Part shown: positions 1-11,650 of the stretch, one piece after another
How the letters are laid out: each line of letters begins with the position of its first letter
Position numbering within the stretch: the stretch's first letter is position 1
NCBI RefSeq assembly: GCF_963921235.1
Contig: NC_086108.1
Span: forward strand, 30,568,001-30,632,000
Source: Mobula hypostoma
Taxonomy: Eukaryota
Length of the DNA stretch: 64,000 nt
Direction: 5' to 3'
The notes under the pieces: model-generated
Told to the model about the DNA's origin: nothing
The model's input: only the letters and a program-made list of their open reading frames with translations
Databases searched by the model: none
Program-made: the position numbers and the translations under genes

Positions 1-202
1 GGATGCTGTTTGACTCGTTAGGTTTACATGTGAATGTAAGAGAGATGAAATGTGCGCTGCTTCGACAAGCAAATTGCTTTGAGGTTCAGTGCTAATTCTG
101 CAAAATGTATGTTGCATTGCAGGTTCATTCCGATTGTTTTTGGAATATTGTTTCCATAAGGCATGGCTGTCCTTTACGCCTTCACACGGTGGAATGTTGC
201 CA

Positions 203-234
203 AGTGAAACTCGTGGAATTTTCTCAGTTTCACT
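203..234. promoter_or_regulatory. Inverted pair of IRF-like half-sites flanking an NF-kB-like site upstream of the TNF-family gene
   Basis: AGTGAAACT (203-211) and its exact reverse complement AGTTTCACT (226-234) bracket TGGAATTTTCT, about 100 bp upstream of the TATA box. Motif assignment is by eye. Confidence 0.4.
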
Positions 235-331
235 GACTTGTTCAGAGGCGATCCGCGGCTTCCCGTAGTGTGGGATGTTCGATAAATAGGACCAAACCAA
301 AACAATTTGCATACTTGGTTCTGCCAGGATA

Positions 332-338
332 TATAAAA
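332..338 (+). promoter_or_regulatory. TATA box
   Basis: TATAAAA 57 bp before ATG 389 and 84 bp before ATG 416. Confidence 0.6.
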
Positions 339-415
339 CGGACTCCGGATACATAGCATCCAGCATCCATGAAGACACTGTTCTGCTGATGTTGCCTAGC
401 TGGGGGACTGTGGAA

Positions 416-577
416 ATGGCTACACCGCTGAATGAGAGCGAAGTGCTGCCGAGAGTTCGTGCGAACTATCTCAGGCCAGTGCTTGGTTGGCGTCTGTTGC
501 TGATAGTATCTTCTGCCCAGGTTCTGGCTGCAAGCTGTCTTTCGTATTACATCCTCAAAGAACAACTGCTGAATCGG
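416..577 (+). CDS. TNF-superfamily ligand, exon 1 (cytoplasmic tail and type II transmembrane helix)
   Basis: ATG 416 is in a good Kozak context (gaaATGG); an in-frame ATG also lies at 389. Encodes the hydrophobic stretch WRLLLIVSSAQVLAASCLSYYIL and ends at a phase-0 donor CGG|gtaggt (577/578). Confidence 0.75.
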
Positions 578-1174
578 GTAGGTGCTAACTAGTGCACAGC
601 CAGCAGTTCTAGCTCCGCGTGACAATAGTTATAATTGTTGAACAGGGCGTTCCTATTTATTTAAACAGGCTGCACTTCCACAGAAACCTCCGGAGATCTC
701 GCCAACACCGTGCGCTGAGAAGTGCGTTACTCGCTGGACACTTGGTAAGCTCGCACGTGCATTTCTGTATAGTTGTCCACGTCTGCCACTTTACTGCCGC
801 CTTTCTCATCGCTTTTTCGTTCCGTTGCCAGAGGGTAACTATGGGCACGCAGGGCCAAAGTGATAATTTTCTAGCGTTTTCATAAGTGCAGCTTAGCAAA
901 ACAGGTACTGACGACTTCTATAAAGCCGTTTCCTTGCATGACACCGGGGACTTAACATGCTGTGAAGCGGTGTATGAGACTCAGTTGGATAAATATTTCA
1001 AAAGAGCCAGCAGAAGACGATAAGGCAAGCGCTTCGCTGTTGCACGTACCCCAGGAGCTCAGGGTCCGAGATCAGCGAATACTTAGCTGCCAAATGCGGA
1101 AACTTGAATTCGTCAGAATTATAGAGCAGAATCTCCCGACAAGGTGGAGACATTCAAATAAACTAGCTACTTAA

Positions 1175-1340
1175 GGACACGAGGGACTGCAGATGCCGGG
1201 ATCTGCAGGAACAAACTGCTGGAGGAAATGGATCAGACAACAGCTGTGAAGGGAAATGTTTCGGGTTGATGCCCTTTATCTGAACTGAAAGAGAGAGAGG
1301 TGACAGACGTGCGAAAATGTGAAGGGGAAGTGTGGGGCAA
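1175..1340 (-). mobile_element. Degraded Penelope-like element tail in intron 1
   Basis: ctgcagatgc...tgctggaggaa...gtttcgggttgatgcccttt resembles the PLE tails at 31.7 and 59.1 kb. Confidence 0.6.
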
Positions 1341-1867
1341 GAGCTAGTAGCTATTTACTTTTATTTTTCACACTATAAAATATGATGTTTCTTCATGGCT
1401 AGTTAGGCTCCAAGCAGCTCGGCTGACTACATCTCTCGAGAGAGTCTCGTATCTTAATATTTCACACTGTGCAGCACCTTTTTGCATGGCTAACTGTTCG
1501 GACTTGACCACCGATTTTAACCTGGTGAGCGAGGATCGTTCAGATGTCCAAATTTCTGCAGTAAATCTGTTCTTAGGATATTACTGTAAACCTGCAGTGA
1601 TTTTGAATTATTTCTGCCGCGGCTACTTTAGTTTGTTGGCGAGTGAGTGAGTCAAATGAACTACAGTTACCAAACTGAAGTGTGTGTTCGCCCCATTTTG
1701 AGAATGTCCTTCTAAAACAGAGACTTATTGTCCGTCAAGAAGTATCCATGCAGACTAATGTTTTTCACAGGCTCTGCTTAACCTGTTACATTCTTACAGC
1801 TGAGGTCTCTAGCAGTTTATTTGATTTGTTGAGGTTGTTACCACGGATGGAACTGTTTTTTTCTCAG

Positions 1868-1979
1868 CGGCAGTTTTTAAAACCGCACGGGGATGTGGCA
1901 GTGCTTCGAGACAGATGTTGCTTACAATACATCGCACTTGTTGTGGCTAAGAAGGCGGGTCTATACACTTTAGTACCTG
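1868..1979 (+). CDS. TNF-superfamily ligand, candidate middle exon
   Basis: Acceptor tttttttctcag|CGG and donor CCTG|gtatgt. The 112 nt are open, phase 0 in and phase 1 out, which joins exon 1 to the last exon in frame. A shorter acceptor at 1952 (28 nt) also keeps frame. Confidence 0.5.
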
Positions 1980-3260
1980 GTATGTGAATGGAATAAGTGA
2001 TTATGAACGCGCCAATCCGTTAACAAAATTTCTCAGAAAACGGATTTCACTAATCTCTGGTTTTCTTCTACAAGTTCCGACTGAACCTCAAATCGCTGAA
2101 AAGAAAATGTTGACATTGGGGTTTTCTCGCCATAAGAAATTGCTATTGAGGGATTCCTCGCCAGTACAAGCAGCGGAATCAAATGTGTGCGTTCGGAGCC
2201 GCCGACTGCTCGCTGGTTAGCACTGCCTAGCAAGAAGTATTCCAGTACTGCCCAAGGCGATGGGGGGCATGGAGGGGACAAAGGAGAGATACCGAAAGGG
2301 AAATGCAGCTGAGAGGTTGAGAGGGTAGGGAGAGACAAGAGAATTCGGAGGAAGGGGTAATAGTGGCTTTGAGAGCTAATAGTTTAATGGGATTCTCCCC
2401 TTCCTATGCTTCGGGAATGGCTGCGTCTGAACAGATGTTTTATTGTATATCTTAAAATATGCTATATTCGTACAACACATAGAAGAAATAAAATTGACAT
2501 ACGCCTTTCTCTTCGTCCGAACAAGTGCTTTATTTTCTATTTCGAAATATACTATATTCATAATAACAGAAAGAGGAAATAAAATCGGCAACAACTTTCT
2601 CTATATTCGTAGTATCACTAGTTTATACTTTCTCTTACTATGCATTAAGGCCCAACAATGTCCCTTCCATAAAAAAAACGCACCGATGAAACAATTGCGA
2701 GACTTATGAAAAAGGGTTGCCATGGCAGGATCTAGACTATCCTTTCTCGCTGTGGAATAAGGCTCCAGTGCCTCCCTCTGCACTTATTCCAACATCCTGA
2801 CGCGATTCAGGATCTTCCTGAGTGATCTTCCAGCAGTACTTGATGATCAGGCCATGTGCTATGATCAGGGGCCACAGCATTTTGTGCACAGGTACATTTT
2901 GTAAGAGTTGCCTCGCAGCAAAAGAACAATTCTTGTAATAGTGGCAAAGATTTAACAACTACTTAATTCAAAACGTTCCAGCTTTCCACACAATATACTC
3001 CTTGAATAACTGTGAGTGAACAACAAAGTTCACGGATTACAACTTTTTGAACCATGTTCTGTTAGTCAAAATATGAATTGTACATGTTGATGGCATGGAC
3101 ACACGTAAAATATGACAGGAAATTACGCTGGTGTTAGAGTGAAGCAGAAAAGCAAACATCCAGACCACTTTCCTATAGGAAGGAAAAGTACAAAATGAAT
3201 CATTTATTTCTGCAAGCTTTATTTGTATAAAGTATTTATCTTCTTACCTAGTTTCTAGTA

Positions 3261-3340
3261 CAGGGGTTCCCATCCTGGGTTGATGGACCCCTTGCTCAAT
3301 GGTATGGACCATGGCATATAAAAAAGGTTGGGAGCCCCTG
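3261..3340. mobile_element. 80-bp hAT (Charlie-like) MITE in the last intron
   Basis: Terminal inverted repeats caggggttccca / tgggagcccctg; 8-bp flanks ttctagta / ttctagac match the NTCTAGAN target preference. Confidence 0.75.
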
Positions 3341-3578
3341 TTCTAGACTATGAGCTGAAGAGAGTTAAATACCATGGAGTGTGATGTACTGCAGCTAAAA
3401 AAAAATCTTAATTTTGCAATCATTTTCTAGAAAGATTTCAATGTGCTGATAGGGATAAAGGAACATAGTAAGTGTAATCTAACACAATGTCAGCTGATTG
3501 AAATAAATAATGCTGTTAAATATTATTAAACTGCTGGTGATTTGACAATTTATATCAATGTCTTTTGCATTGAAACAG

Positions 3579-3943
3579 CACGCAGTACGAATCGAAGTCT
3601 TCAGGTTAATGAAACGAAACTTCCTTGGCAGACAACTGAAGGCCAGGTATTCACTGGAAAATGCACGGAGTACAAAAAGAATTCACTGGAAATAAAAAAA
3701 TCTGGCTTCTACTATATCTTCTTTCAGGTGATGTTTACAGGAAGTCAAAATAAGGTGAAATTTGTCATGAACTTTAACGGTGAAGAAACAACGCCATATT
3801 TAGAGAAGGGGATAAATTCTACAGCCGTATACTTTGGGAGCACTTACAGACTTAGGAATGGAACAAAAGTTTCTGTCATATCAAATCCTGGGAACATTCG
3901 GTCTGGAGATTCAGAAACATTTATTGGACTATTTGAGCTATAA
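3579..3943 (+). CDS. TNF-superfamily ligand, last exon (TNF homology domain; compact, TNFSF18/TNFSF4-like size)
   Basis: Acceptor ttttgcattgaaacag|CA (phase 1). TNF-domain motifs: LPW, LEIKKSGFYYIFFQVMF, VYFGSTYRLRNGTKVSV and the C-terminal TFIGLFEL-stop. Confidence 0.88.
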
Positions 3944-4583
3944 AATGGTGTTCATCTGTTTCAGACCATTATTAACTGCTGAACAATTCAATGAATGTAA
4001 GTATTGGCACTCAAACTATTCTCCAGTTATATGGGGATACAGTGTTCAATACTGCAAAAATTTATTCCATCATCCCCATGCCTTGCTAATTACATATTAC
4101 CCAAACCCTTGTATTTTGAAAGTTAATGTAAAAAGAAACTGTAAAACATTTTTATGGTATTTTTTTAAAATAAATGTAAGTTGACTGTAAGTAATTTAAA
4201 TGAGGAAATAACTGTGACTTTTGTAAATTATGGAGAGGAAACTGATTGAAATACTGTATGAGTAATTCACTTATATAAAGATTATTTCCTTATGGTGTTT
4301 CAGAGAAGGTGCATTTTAAAACAGAGTATCACTGAAGTGGTGGCGTTGTTAAGGAGATACGGTGTTGGAATTTACAGTGAAAGTTACAGAATTAATTGCA
4401 TGATATAGGCCTGGTAGGTACAGCAGATGAAAGAGTTAAGAGTCACAGATAGCTGTCACTGAATTGTGACATTCTATGCATAGTCTGTCTTTTAATTCAC
4501 AATAAGCATTCATTAGACCCTCATCTGACCAGACAGTATTTTGTTGTGAATATTCATATTATGTTTAAGTAATTGATAATAAA
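3944..4583 (+). other. AU-rich 3' UTR with candidate polyadenylation signals
   Basis: Several ATTTA pentamers; AATAAA at 4169-4174 and 4578-4583 (another at 4721). Confidence 0.5.
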
Positions 4584-5395
4584 TTTACTGAAATATATCT
4601 TGTACCCATGTCTGTACATATATTTTGTATGAAAAAGCTGCTGTGATCGATATAACAGATTTGATGGGCACAGTAGTATTATTAAAAAAAAATTCTGAAA
4701 GCCTTGTTCAAATTAAAGACAATAAATTTCAGAAACTTTAAAGCAAATAAGGAGTCTGGTGGATTAATTTATGAATGTCTCCACCAGCATGATGTTAGAT
4801 GTTGCCCTCTTGAGGCAGCGTTGACAGAGGTGCTTTCGATAGTGGGAGGGGATGTGTCCATGCTGGGAAAGGGAAGGGACTCTGGCGTTCACTGAATGTG
4901 AGCATTATGAGGATAATTGGTTTTGGCTCAATGTAATCTGAAGTAGAAGGCTCAGAAAGGGGAATTAAGATTAAGCTTCAAGGAACCATGGGCCAACCTT
5001 CAGACTGATTACATCAGATGTCTAACTCCAGATAAGGACGATTTAAGAAAGTGCTGATTGATTGCCAAGCTCAGCGATCAACAAAACTTACAAGTACTGA
5101 TGATTATCGATACCTCCATCAAGTGAACTGAAGTTTTCCTACTGGAACACACAATTTTTTTAAAATTTCAAAAATAGACTTTATTCATAACAAGACTTAT
5201 ATGCAAAGGAAAAAGCATGGCAAAAATTGTTTTACATTCATCATCATTACAATCAGTAGCGTATTTAAAAAAAAACACAAAACAAACATCCCCATGGTTG
5301 CTTTGCCCTTTTCATTGTTCAAGTGCATTACCACCTAACTCTGCTGCTTCTTGCACAGTAATGGAAGGAGCCTATACTGTGATCCTTCCTCATAG

Positions 5396-6653
5396 TGTCA
5401 CAGTGGGGGCGCTGGTAGCGGACCCAAATGCAAGACACAGACACTGAAGTACAAGGAACAGGACTTAACTAGAGTAGGGACGTGACAGGATACAGACAAG
5501 GAGCAGGGACAAGAACGCAGACTTGGGCTAGGACATAAACAAGAAACAGGGAAACCAGACAAGGACCTATGAACTAGGAGGCTGGGCTTGAACCCTGAGC
5601 CAGAGACTGTACAAGGACCCAGAACCTGGGTCTTGCCTCGGTCCCAGGCCCCAGAACCAGGCAAGGACAGGACATGACTGCAGGACTGGATGCAGGCTGG
5701 GGTCTTGAGGCTTGAGCTTGGATGCAGGCTGAGGTATGGGGTCTTGAGGCTGCAGGCTGGGGTCTTGGGTCTTGAGGCTGTAGAGGCTGCTAAATCAGAG
5801 GCTGGAGCTCGGAGACAGACTGGGAACATTACATCAACATGGAGCCGGGACTTATCCTTTGAAAAGCCAGGACTCATCTTTAACATGACACTAACATGAG
5901 GCAGGACAGTACATAGACATAGAGCCGGGACTTATACTTAAACAAGCCGGAACTCAACTTCTTCTCCACACCAAGGTGGGACAGGACCATCCGTCAGGTA
6001 ACAGTAGAACAGCCGGACTTACCCAACAGAGGCAAAGACAAGACAAGACAAGACAGGTCCCCCCACAGGGCAACGGCAGAATGGCCTGACTGACTCCACA
6101 GGGGCTAGGACAAGACAAGACAGATCCCCCTGCAGGTCAATGGCAGAACAGTCTGACTTAGCCCACGGAGGCGAGGACAAGAAGAGACAAACACCGAAGA
6201 ATGACAGACAGATCCATCTCTGCATTGGGGTTGCTCCGAGTCGCAGTTACGGCCAGCAACCTTGGCTGGCTACGGAAACAGCCGGATCCCTACCTAGCTT
6301 GGAGTAGCTGATGGCCACTCAGCTGGCCTGGGAAACGGCTGAATCCATACCGCAAAGACATATCTGACTACCAACAGCAAGGCTCCATTAGGGGATGGTT
6401 CCCCAACACGGCCTAAAGATGGCAAGTGGCTGCTCTTGCCCTCCACTGGCAGATTGCTCCCAGGGAATCTTGACAAGACAAAACAGCAGCCCACACTCGA
6501 CCCCAAGGCCACTTATATTCCAAGCCCCAAGATGGGAATCAGGTGCATATGATTAACTCAACCAAAACAAGGGACAGCTGGAAGACCCAAAGTCCTGAGT
6601 CCACAGACCAGACCGGGAACTGGAATACGGACTTCACGGACCGGACCATGACA
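5396..6653 (-). mobile_element. Solo LTR, family A
   Basis: TGTCA...TGACA termini; 5-bp TSD catag (5391-5395 and 6654-6658); termini match the copies at 14720 and 16109. Confidence 0.85.
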
Positions 6654-7202
6654 CATAGAGTCTTTACATTGGCTACATCAAGTTTCAATGCATCACTCTG
6701 CAGCATTCACTCATAGACATCTTGCAGTGCTGGATATGAAGAAATTTTGGGCTGATGAAAGGGCATCTTCACTGCGTTGATGAGCTTCCAGCAGCTCCTG
6801 ATGGCTGTCTCGTTGTGCATCTCCTGGAACAAGCATAGATCAGAGAGTCCTCTGATACAGAGCTGCTGAGGATGAATCAGGACATAAATGTTTGCATCCT
6901 TCTCCCCACGCTCTTAGCAAATCCACAGTCTGCAAAGACTATTTCTTTTCCAACACAGCTGTCTTGTGGACAGTGTGCATTGGGGATGATATGTCATCTG
7001 TAGTGGAAGAACCTGAGTGTGAGGTCCCTCTCACTGCCAGCCAAACATTATCTTGGAGCTTGTTGGCCATTTTTGCTGATGAGGTATTCTGTCAGTCTGC
7101 TTAGAGGGCTACCCCATCATATCCATAGTGTCTCTGTTCTGCTTTATTTGCCGGGTACTCTACGCTAAACACTGCTTAATGGACCTGTGATCAAAGGTGT
7201 TT

Positions 7203-9220
7203 GAACATAGAACATATAACAGTATCGCACAGCGCAGGCTGTACCAACTTATATTTACCTACTTCATGAAAAATCTAACCCCTCTCTCTGACATAACCCA
7301 AGCCCTCCATTTTTCTCTCACCCATGTGCCTTCTTAAGAATTTCTTTAGTATCCCTAATGTATCAGCTTCAGACACCACCCCTGGCAGTGCATTTCAGGA
7401 ACTTACTGTTCTCTAAAAAAAACTACCGCTGACATACCACTTAACTTTTCTCCACTCAATTCAAAAGGATGTTCTCTGATGTTAGCCATTTCCTCCCTGG
7501 GAAAGTGGTGTTAGCTGTCCACTCTAACGATCCCTCCTCTAATCTTATACACCTCTATCAAGTTGCCTCTCTTCCTGAAAAACAAGAAAAAAGTGCTGGC
7601 TCACTCACTCTTCTGCATGGGACACATTCTGTAATCCAGGGAGCATCACAGAAAATCTCCGCTGCACCTTCTCCAAAGCTTCCACATCATTTGCTCTATT
7701 CCTCCACACTGTTAAAAAGCCTGCCATTAACTCTATACTCTGCATTAAGTATGATTTTCCAAAGTGCAGCAGTTCACACTTTTCCAGATTATTCTCCATC
7801 TGCCACTTCTCAGCCCTGTCTATGCCCTGCTGTAATCTACAACAATCTTCTACACCTAACCACAACACCACCAATCTTCGTGTCATCTCAAAACCTACTA
7901 ATCCTCCCTTTCACTTCCTCATTTAAGTCACATAAAAAGTTACAGAACAGATCCTTGCAGATTACCACTGGTTTATCCTCTAGGCAGGATACAGGCTATC
8001 AACTACTACCCTCTGCCTCTGTGCGCAAGCCATTCTGAATCCACACTGCTAAATTTCTGTGCATCCCATGTCTCTTAACTTTCTGAATGAGTCTACCGGG
8101 CAACCTTGTTGAATGCCTTAACAAACTACATCTACTACTTCACTTTCATCAATTTGTTTTGTCATTTCCTTGAAAAATACTATCAAGTTTGTGAGGCCCA
8201 ACTTGCCCCTCATAAAGCCAAAATGACTGTCCCTAATAAGACTATGCTTCACAAAATGTTTGAAAATCCTATTTCTAGAACCCTCTTCATTAGTCTGCCC
8301 ACCATTGATGTAAAAATCTCCATGGTCTCTAATTCCCAGGATTATTCCTATTAGTCTTCTTGAACAAAGGAACAAGATTTGCCTTCCTCCAGTCCACTTG
8401 TACAATTGATGTGGCCATTGAGGGTACAAAGATCATTGTCAATACTCCAGAAATCTCTTCCATCTCTTTCTGTAGTAACCTGAAGAATACCCCATCTGGG
8501 CCTGGGGACTTATCTCTTTCAGAAGTTCCACCACTCAACGTGCTCCAGCGCATTAGTCTGCTCTATGCTGACCCCACATTCATCAATGTCCCCCCAGTGG
8601 TGAATAAACAAAGTATTCATTAAGAACCTCCCTTACCTCCTTTGAATATAGGTATATGTTTCCTCCGTTACCCCTGGGCAGTCCTACCCTCACTCTAGTC
8701 ATCCTCCTATTCTTTACCTACATATAAAATGCCATGATGTTTTCCTTAATCCCATTTGCCAAGGCTTTCTCATCTTCCCTTCTATCTCTCCCAAACTGCT
8801 TCTTAGGCTCCTTTCTGGCTACTTTATAACTATTATGAATCCTGTCTGATTTTTGTTTCCTATATTGTAAATATGCTTCTTCCTTCCTGTTGACTAAATG
8901 TTCCGCTTGCCAACCATGCTTCCTTCATGATATTATCCTTTCCCTGCCCCAATGGGACAAGCCAGCCAGAACAAATGTTAGTTCTGCTGTACATTTCCTT
9001 CAGAACATTTGCTTCAAATTTACACTCCCATGCTTCTGCCTAACAGCATCAGCCCTCCCCTGGTTAAATACTCTCCCACATTGTCCACTCCTATGCTTGT
9101 CCATGGCTATGCTAAAGGTTGGGGAGTTGCGATCACTATTTACAAAATGCTTGCCTACCAGCAGATCTCATTACCTAGAAATAGATCCAGTATGATCTTT
9201 CCTCTAGTAAGCACAGGTAC
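7203..9220 (-). mobile_element. CR1-type LINE fragment
   Basis: Minus-strand remnants KSPGPDG, DWRKANLVPLFKK, HGFMRGKLGLTNLIVFF, EKWQME, ALEKVQRRF; gaacata tail repeats at 7203. Confidence 0.85.
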
Positions 9221-10359
9221 TTGAAAGACCTCATCCATAAAGGAAAGATAGTGTGCCAAAGCACAGCTGACTGGGCCATTACATCGTAACGGGGCCAGTC
9301 CTATTCCCTTCAACACCAGGGACAGGTAGAACCTCAGCACATTGTGACACTCGATGCCCACATACTTTGGATGCACACACAGCCCGATGCAGTGACACAT
9401 GAAGCTGGTCATCAGGATGAGTTTGCTACACTTTTGCCCCCATTCTCTGGAAGCATACATCATGCCCCATTGGAATCACTCCATCTTGGACCCCTAGATG
9501 AACAGGAAGATGGCTGAGGTGATTGCCAAAGTGGATAAGCAGGGAATAGGTCACATCAGCACCAAGTGTAACAGCTCTGACATCATGTCACACCTGATGA
9601 CCAAGTTCTCCCCAGTTATTGTCCACAGACCCCACTTTTGTTTGAACTTCCCAGTCCACTCCAGTCAATTTTTGTGACACACTTCAACCTCTCTGAACCA
9701 GATCACCCATATGTTCAGATAGTCAGACTTGAAGGTGACAGGGACATTGCACTGATCATACCAGAGCATGTCCAGTCCCTGGCCCCTGATGCCAGTTCAA
9801 AGTGGTTGTAGATGCTGATCATTCTGTGAACTGACTATGCATGCGAGCAGAAAACAGTGTTATCATTAACATACACAGATGCTTTCAAGTGGGCACCTCC
9901 ATTGCCTGCCAATGTCACCCCACTTATGCCCTCATCCTTCCTGATAGATTGGGCAAAGGGTTCTATGTAGCACATTAACAAGACAGAGCAGAGTGAACCA
10001 CCCTGCCTGACTTCAGACAATGTTGAAACAAGGACAGAGGGCCAGGGATGGCATCAGGAACTGCAGGCCCATTTCACTGCTCGATATGGACTCTGAGATC
10101 CTATCTGAGTCCTTTTGTCAGCCAGGTCAAGTCTGCACTGGGACAGACTTAACTAGTGCTGTACCAGGCAGGAAAATCTCTGACAGTGTTGTGCTACTCT
10201 ATACGCAGGACCGAGAGTTGGATGCCTGCCTGGTCAGCTTTGACCAAGAGAAGGCCTTCAATAAGATATCGCACATGTACATGATGGGTGGGGAGGGAAT
10301 CAGAAATTGGATTCAACTGCTCTATATAAATATCCAGAGTACAGTTCAGAGTGCAATAG

Positions 10360-11090
10360 ATTCTTTGTTAATTATCAAAATAAACTTTATTCATAATAAA
10401 AAAGTTGCAAGATTAAGCAGTGCCCAGCATTTTTCATTCTTTACCTTCATAGTCAATGTTTTCTTCACTGTTATAGTTGTCCGCATCAACAGCCCTGCTG
10501 CCAGTCATGTGGCTCTCCGGGGTGGTGCACTACTACAAACACTCACCCAACCCAGCCACTCGCTCTCCAGTAGCAGTAAATCCCTACACCACGCAAGCTT
10601 CAGTGCTTCCCTTGGCATGTACTCCTGCAGCCTGGAATGTGCCAGTTAGCAGCATTCCTCCATGGACATCTTGATGTGTTGGTAGACCAACAACTGAGCA
10701 GACCAAAAGGTGTCTTTCTCTGAGCTGTAGATCCACCAACAACACTTGATGCTCATCTTCATGTGTGTGACTGTGAACAGCCTGTGGATCAGAGAGCCTT
10801 GTGTCAGGAGGCTGCTGGGAATGGACCGCAACCCAGGCCCTTGCATCCTTCTCCACGCACTCTATTCACAATCTCACACTTTCCATAAAGAGGCGAATGA
10901 GTGTTCCATCCCCACTGCAGGGAGAACATCCAGGAAGGATCTGACTGGGAGGGCCCCACCCACTGCTTGCCACGTAAGGTCTTGGTGGGGTCTCCATATC
11001 GTGCACAGGACCTCAACAATACTTAGGAGATCGGTATTGCCTCAAAAGCATGGAGTCAGGTTAGAGGTCCCACTTCACAGTGAAGGTAAT
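10360..11090 (-). mobile_element. Second Tx1-like LINE 3' fragment
   Basis: caaaataaactttattcataa end resembles 5169-5190; body resembles 6700-7100. Confidence 0.55.
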
Positions 11091-11479
11091 GCAGGAAAGA
11101 CTTAATTGGAATTTCCACATGATATAATGTCCACTCCTGAGTTGAATAATGTCAAATGTTGCACTTGGATAATCCATTTGTTCAACCATGCAACCTTATG
11201 TGCGGTGATAGTCCAAGACACTGCGTCCAACCCTACGGGATTTATGAATGCCAGGCACATTACACGGGGGGGGGGCAGGGGGGAGTGGGGGAGTGGATAG
11301 AGGGGATTAGTGTGGCTGAATCTTTGGGAGCGAGAAGTGACAGAGCCAGCTCACGAGAACTATGTATGAACAGTACACGCCTAAGGATGGATCCATGTCG
11401 GTAAAAATGAGTCCGAGTAGGAAATAGTGCACGGAAAAGTTCCCCCACCCCTTTATCTTTCCCCTTACTGGTTTTTCAC

Positions 11480-11650
11480 CTGGAACCTACCAGCCTTCTC
11501 CTTCCCACCCTCCCCTCACCTTCTTTATAGGGCCTCTGCCCCTTCCCTCTATAGTCCCGACAACGGGATCCGGCCCGAAACGTCGACTGATCGTTTCCAC
11601 GGATGCTGCCTGTCCTGCTGAGTTCCTCCAGCGTGTTGTGAGTGGTGCAC
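11480..11650 (+). mobile_element. PLE tail with degenerate hammerhead
   Basis: agtcCCGACAAcgggatccggcccGAAACGTCgactg followed by ggatgctgcctgtcctgctgagttcctccagc. Confidence 0.7.

Larger units (their letters stand above)
5157..10350 (-). mobile_element. Degraded Tx1-like LINE, interrupted by a solo LTR and a CR1, with an inverted 5' segment
   Basis: tttatt 3' end near 5180. Minus-strand RT remnant VRQGGSLCSVLLMCYIEPFAQSIRKD (9835-10020). Plus-strand upstream RT remnant RPISLLDMDSEIL...DQEKAFNKISH (10020-10350). Confidence 0.65.

Noticed and set aside
875..904. Possible 30-nt phase-0 micro-exon (RFHKCSLAKQ) of the TNF ligand
   Set aside because: Frame-compatible but the donor (gtactg) is weak and the exon is not needed; untestable without RNA data.
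3834..4184. 116-aa ORF overlapping the end of the TNF exon
   Set aside because: Alternative frame running into AU-rich 3' UTR; no recognisable product.
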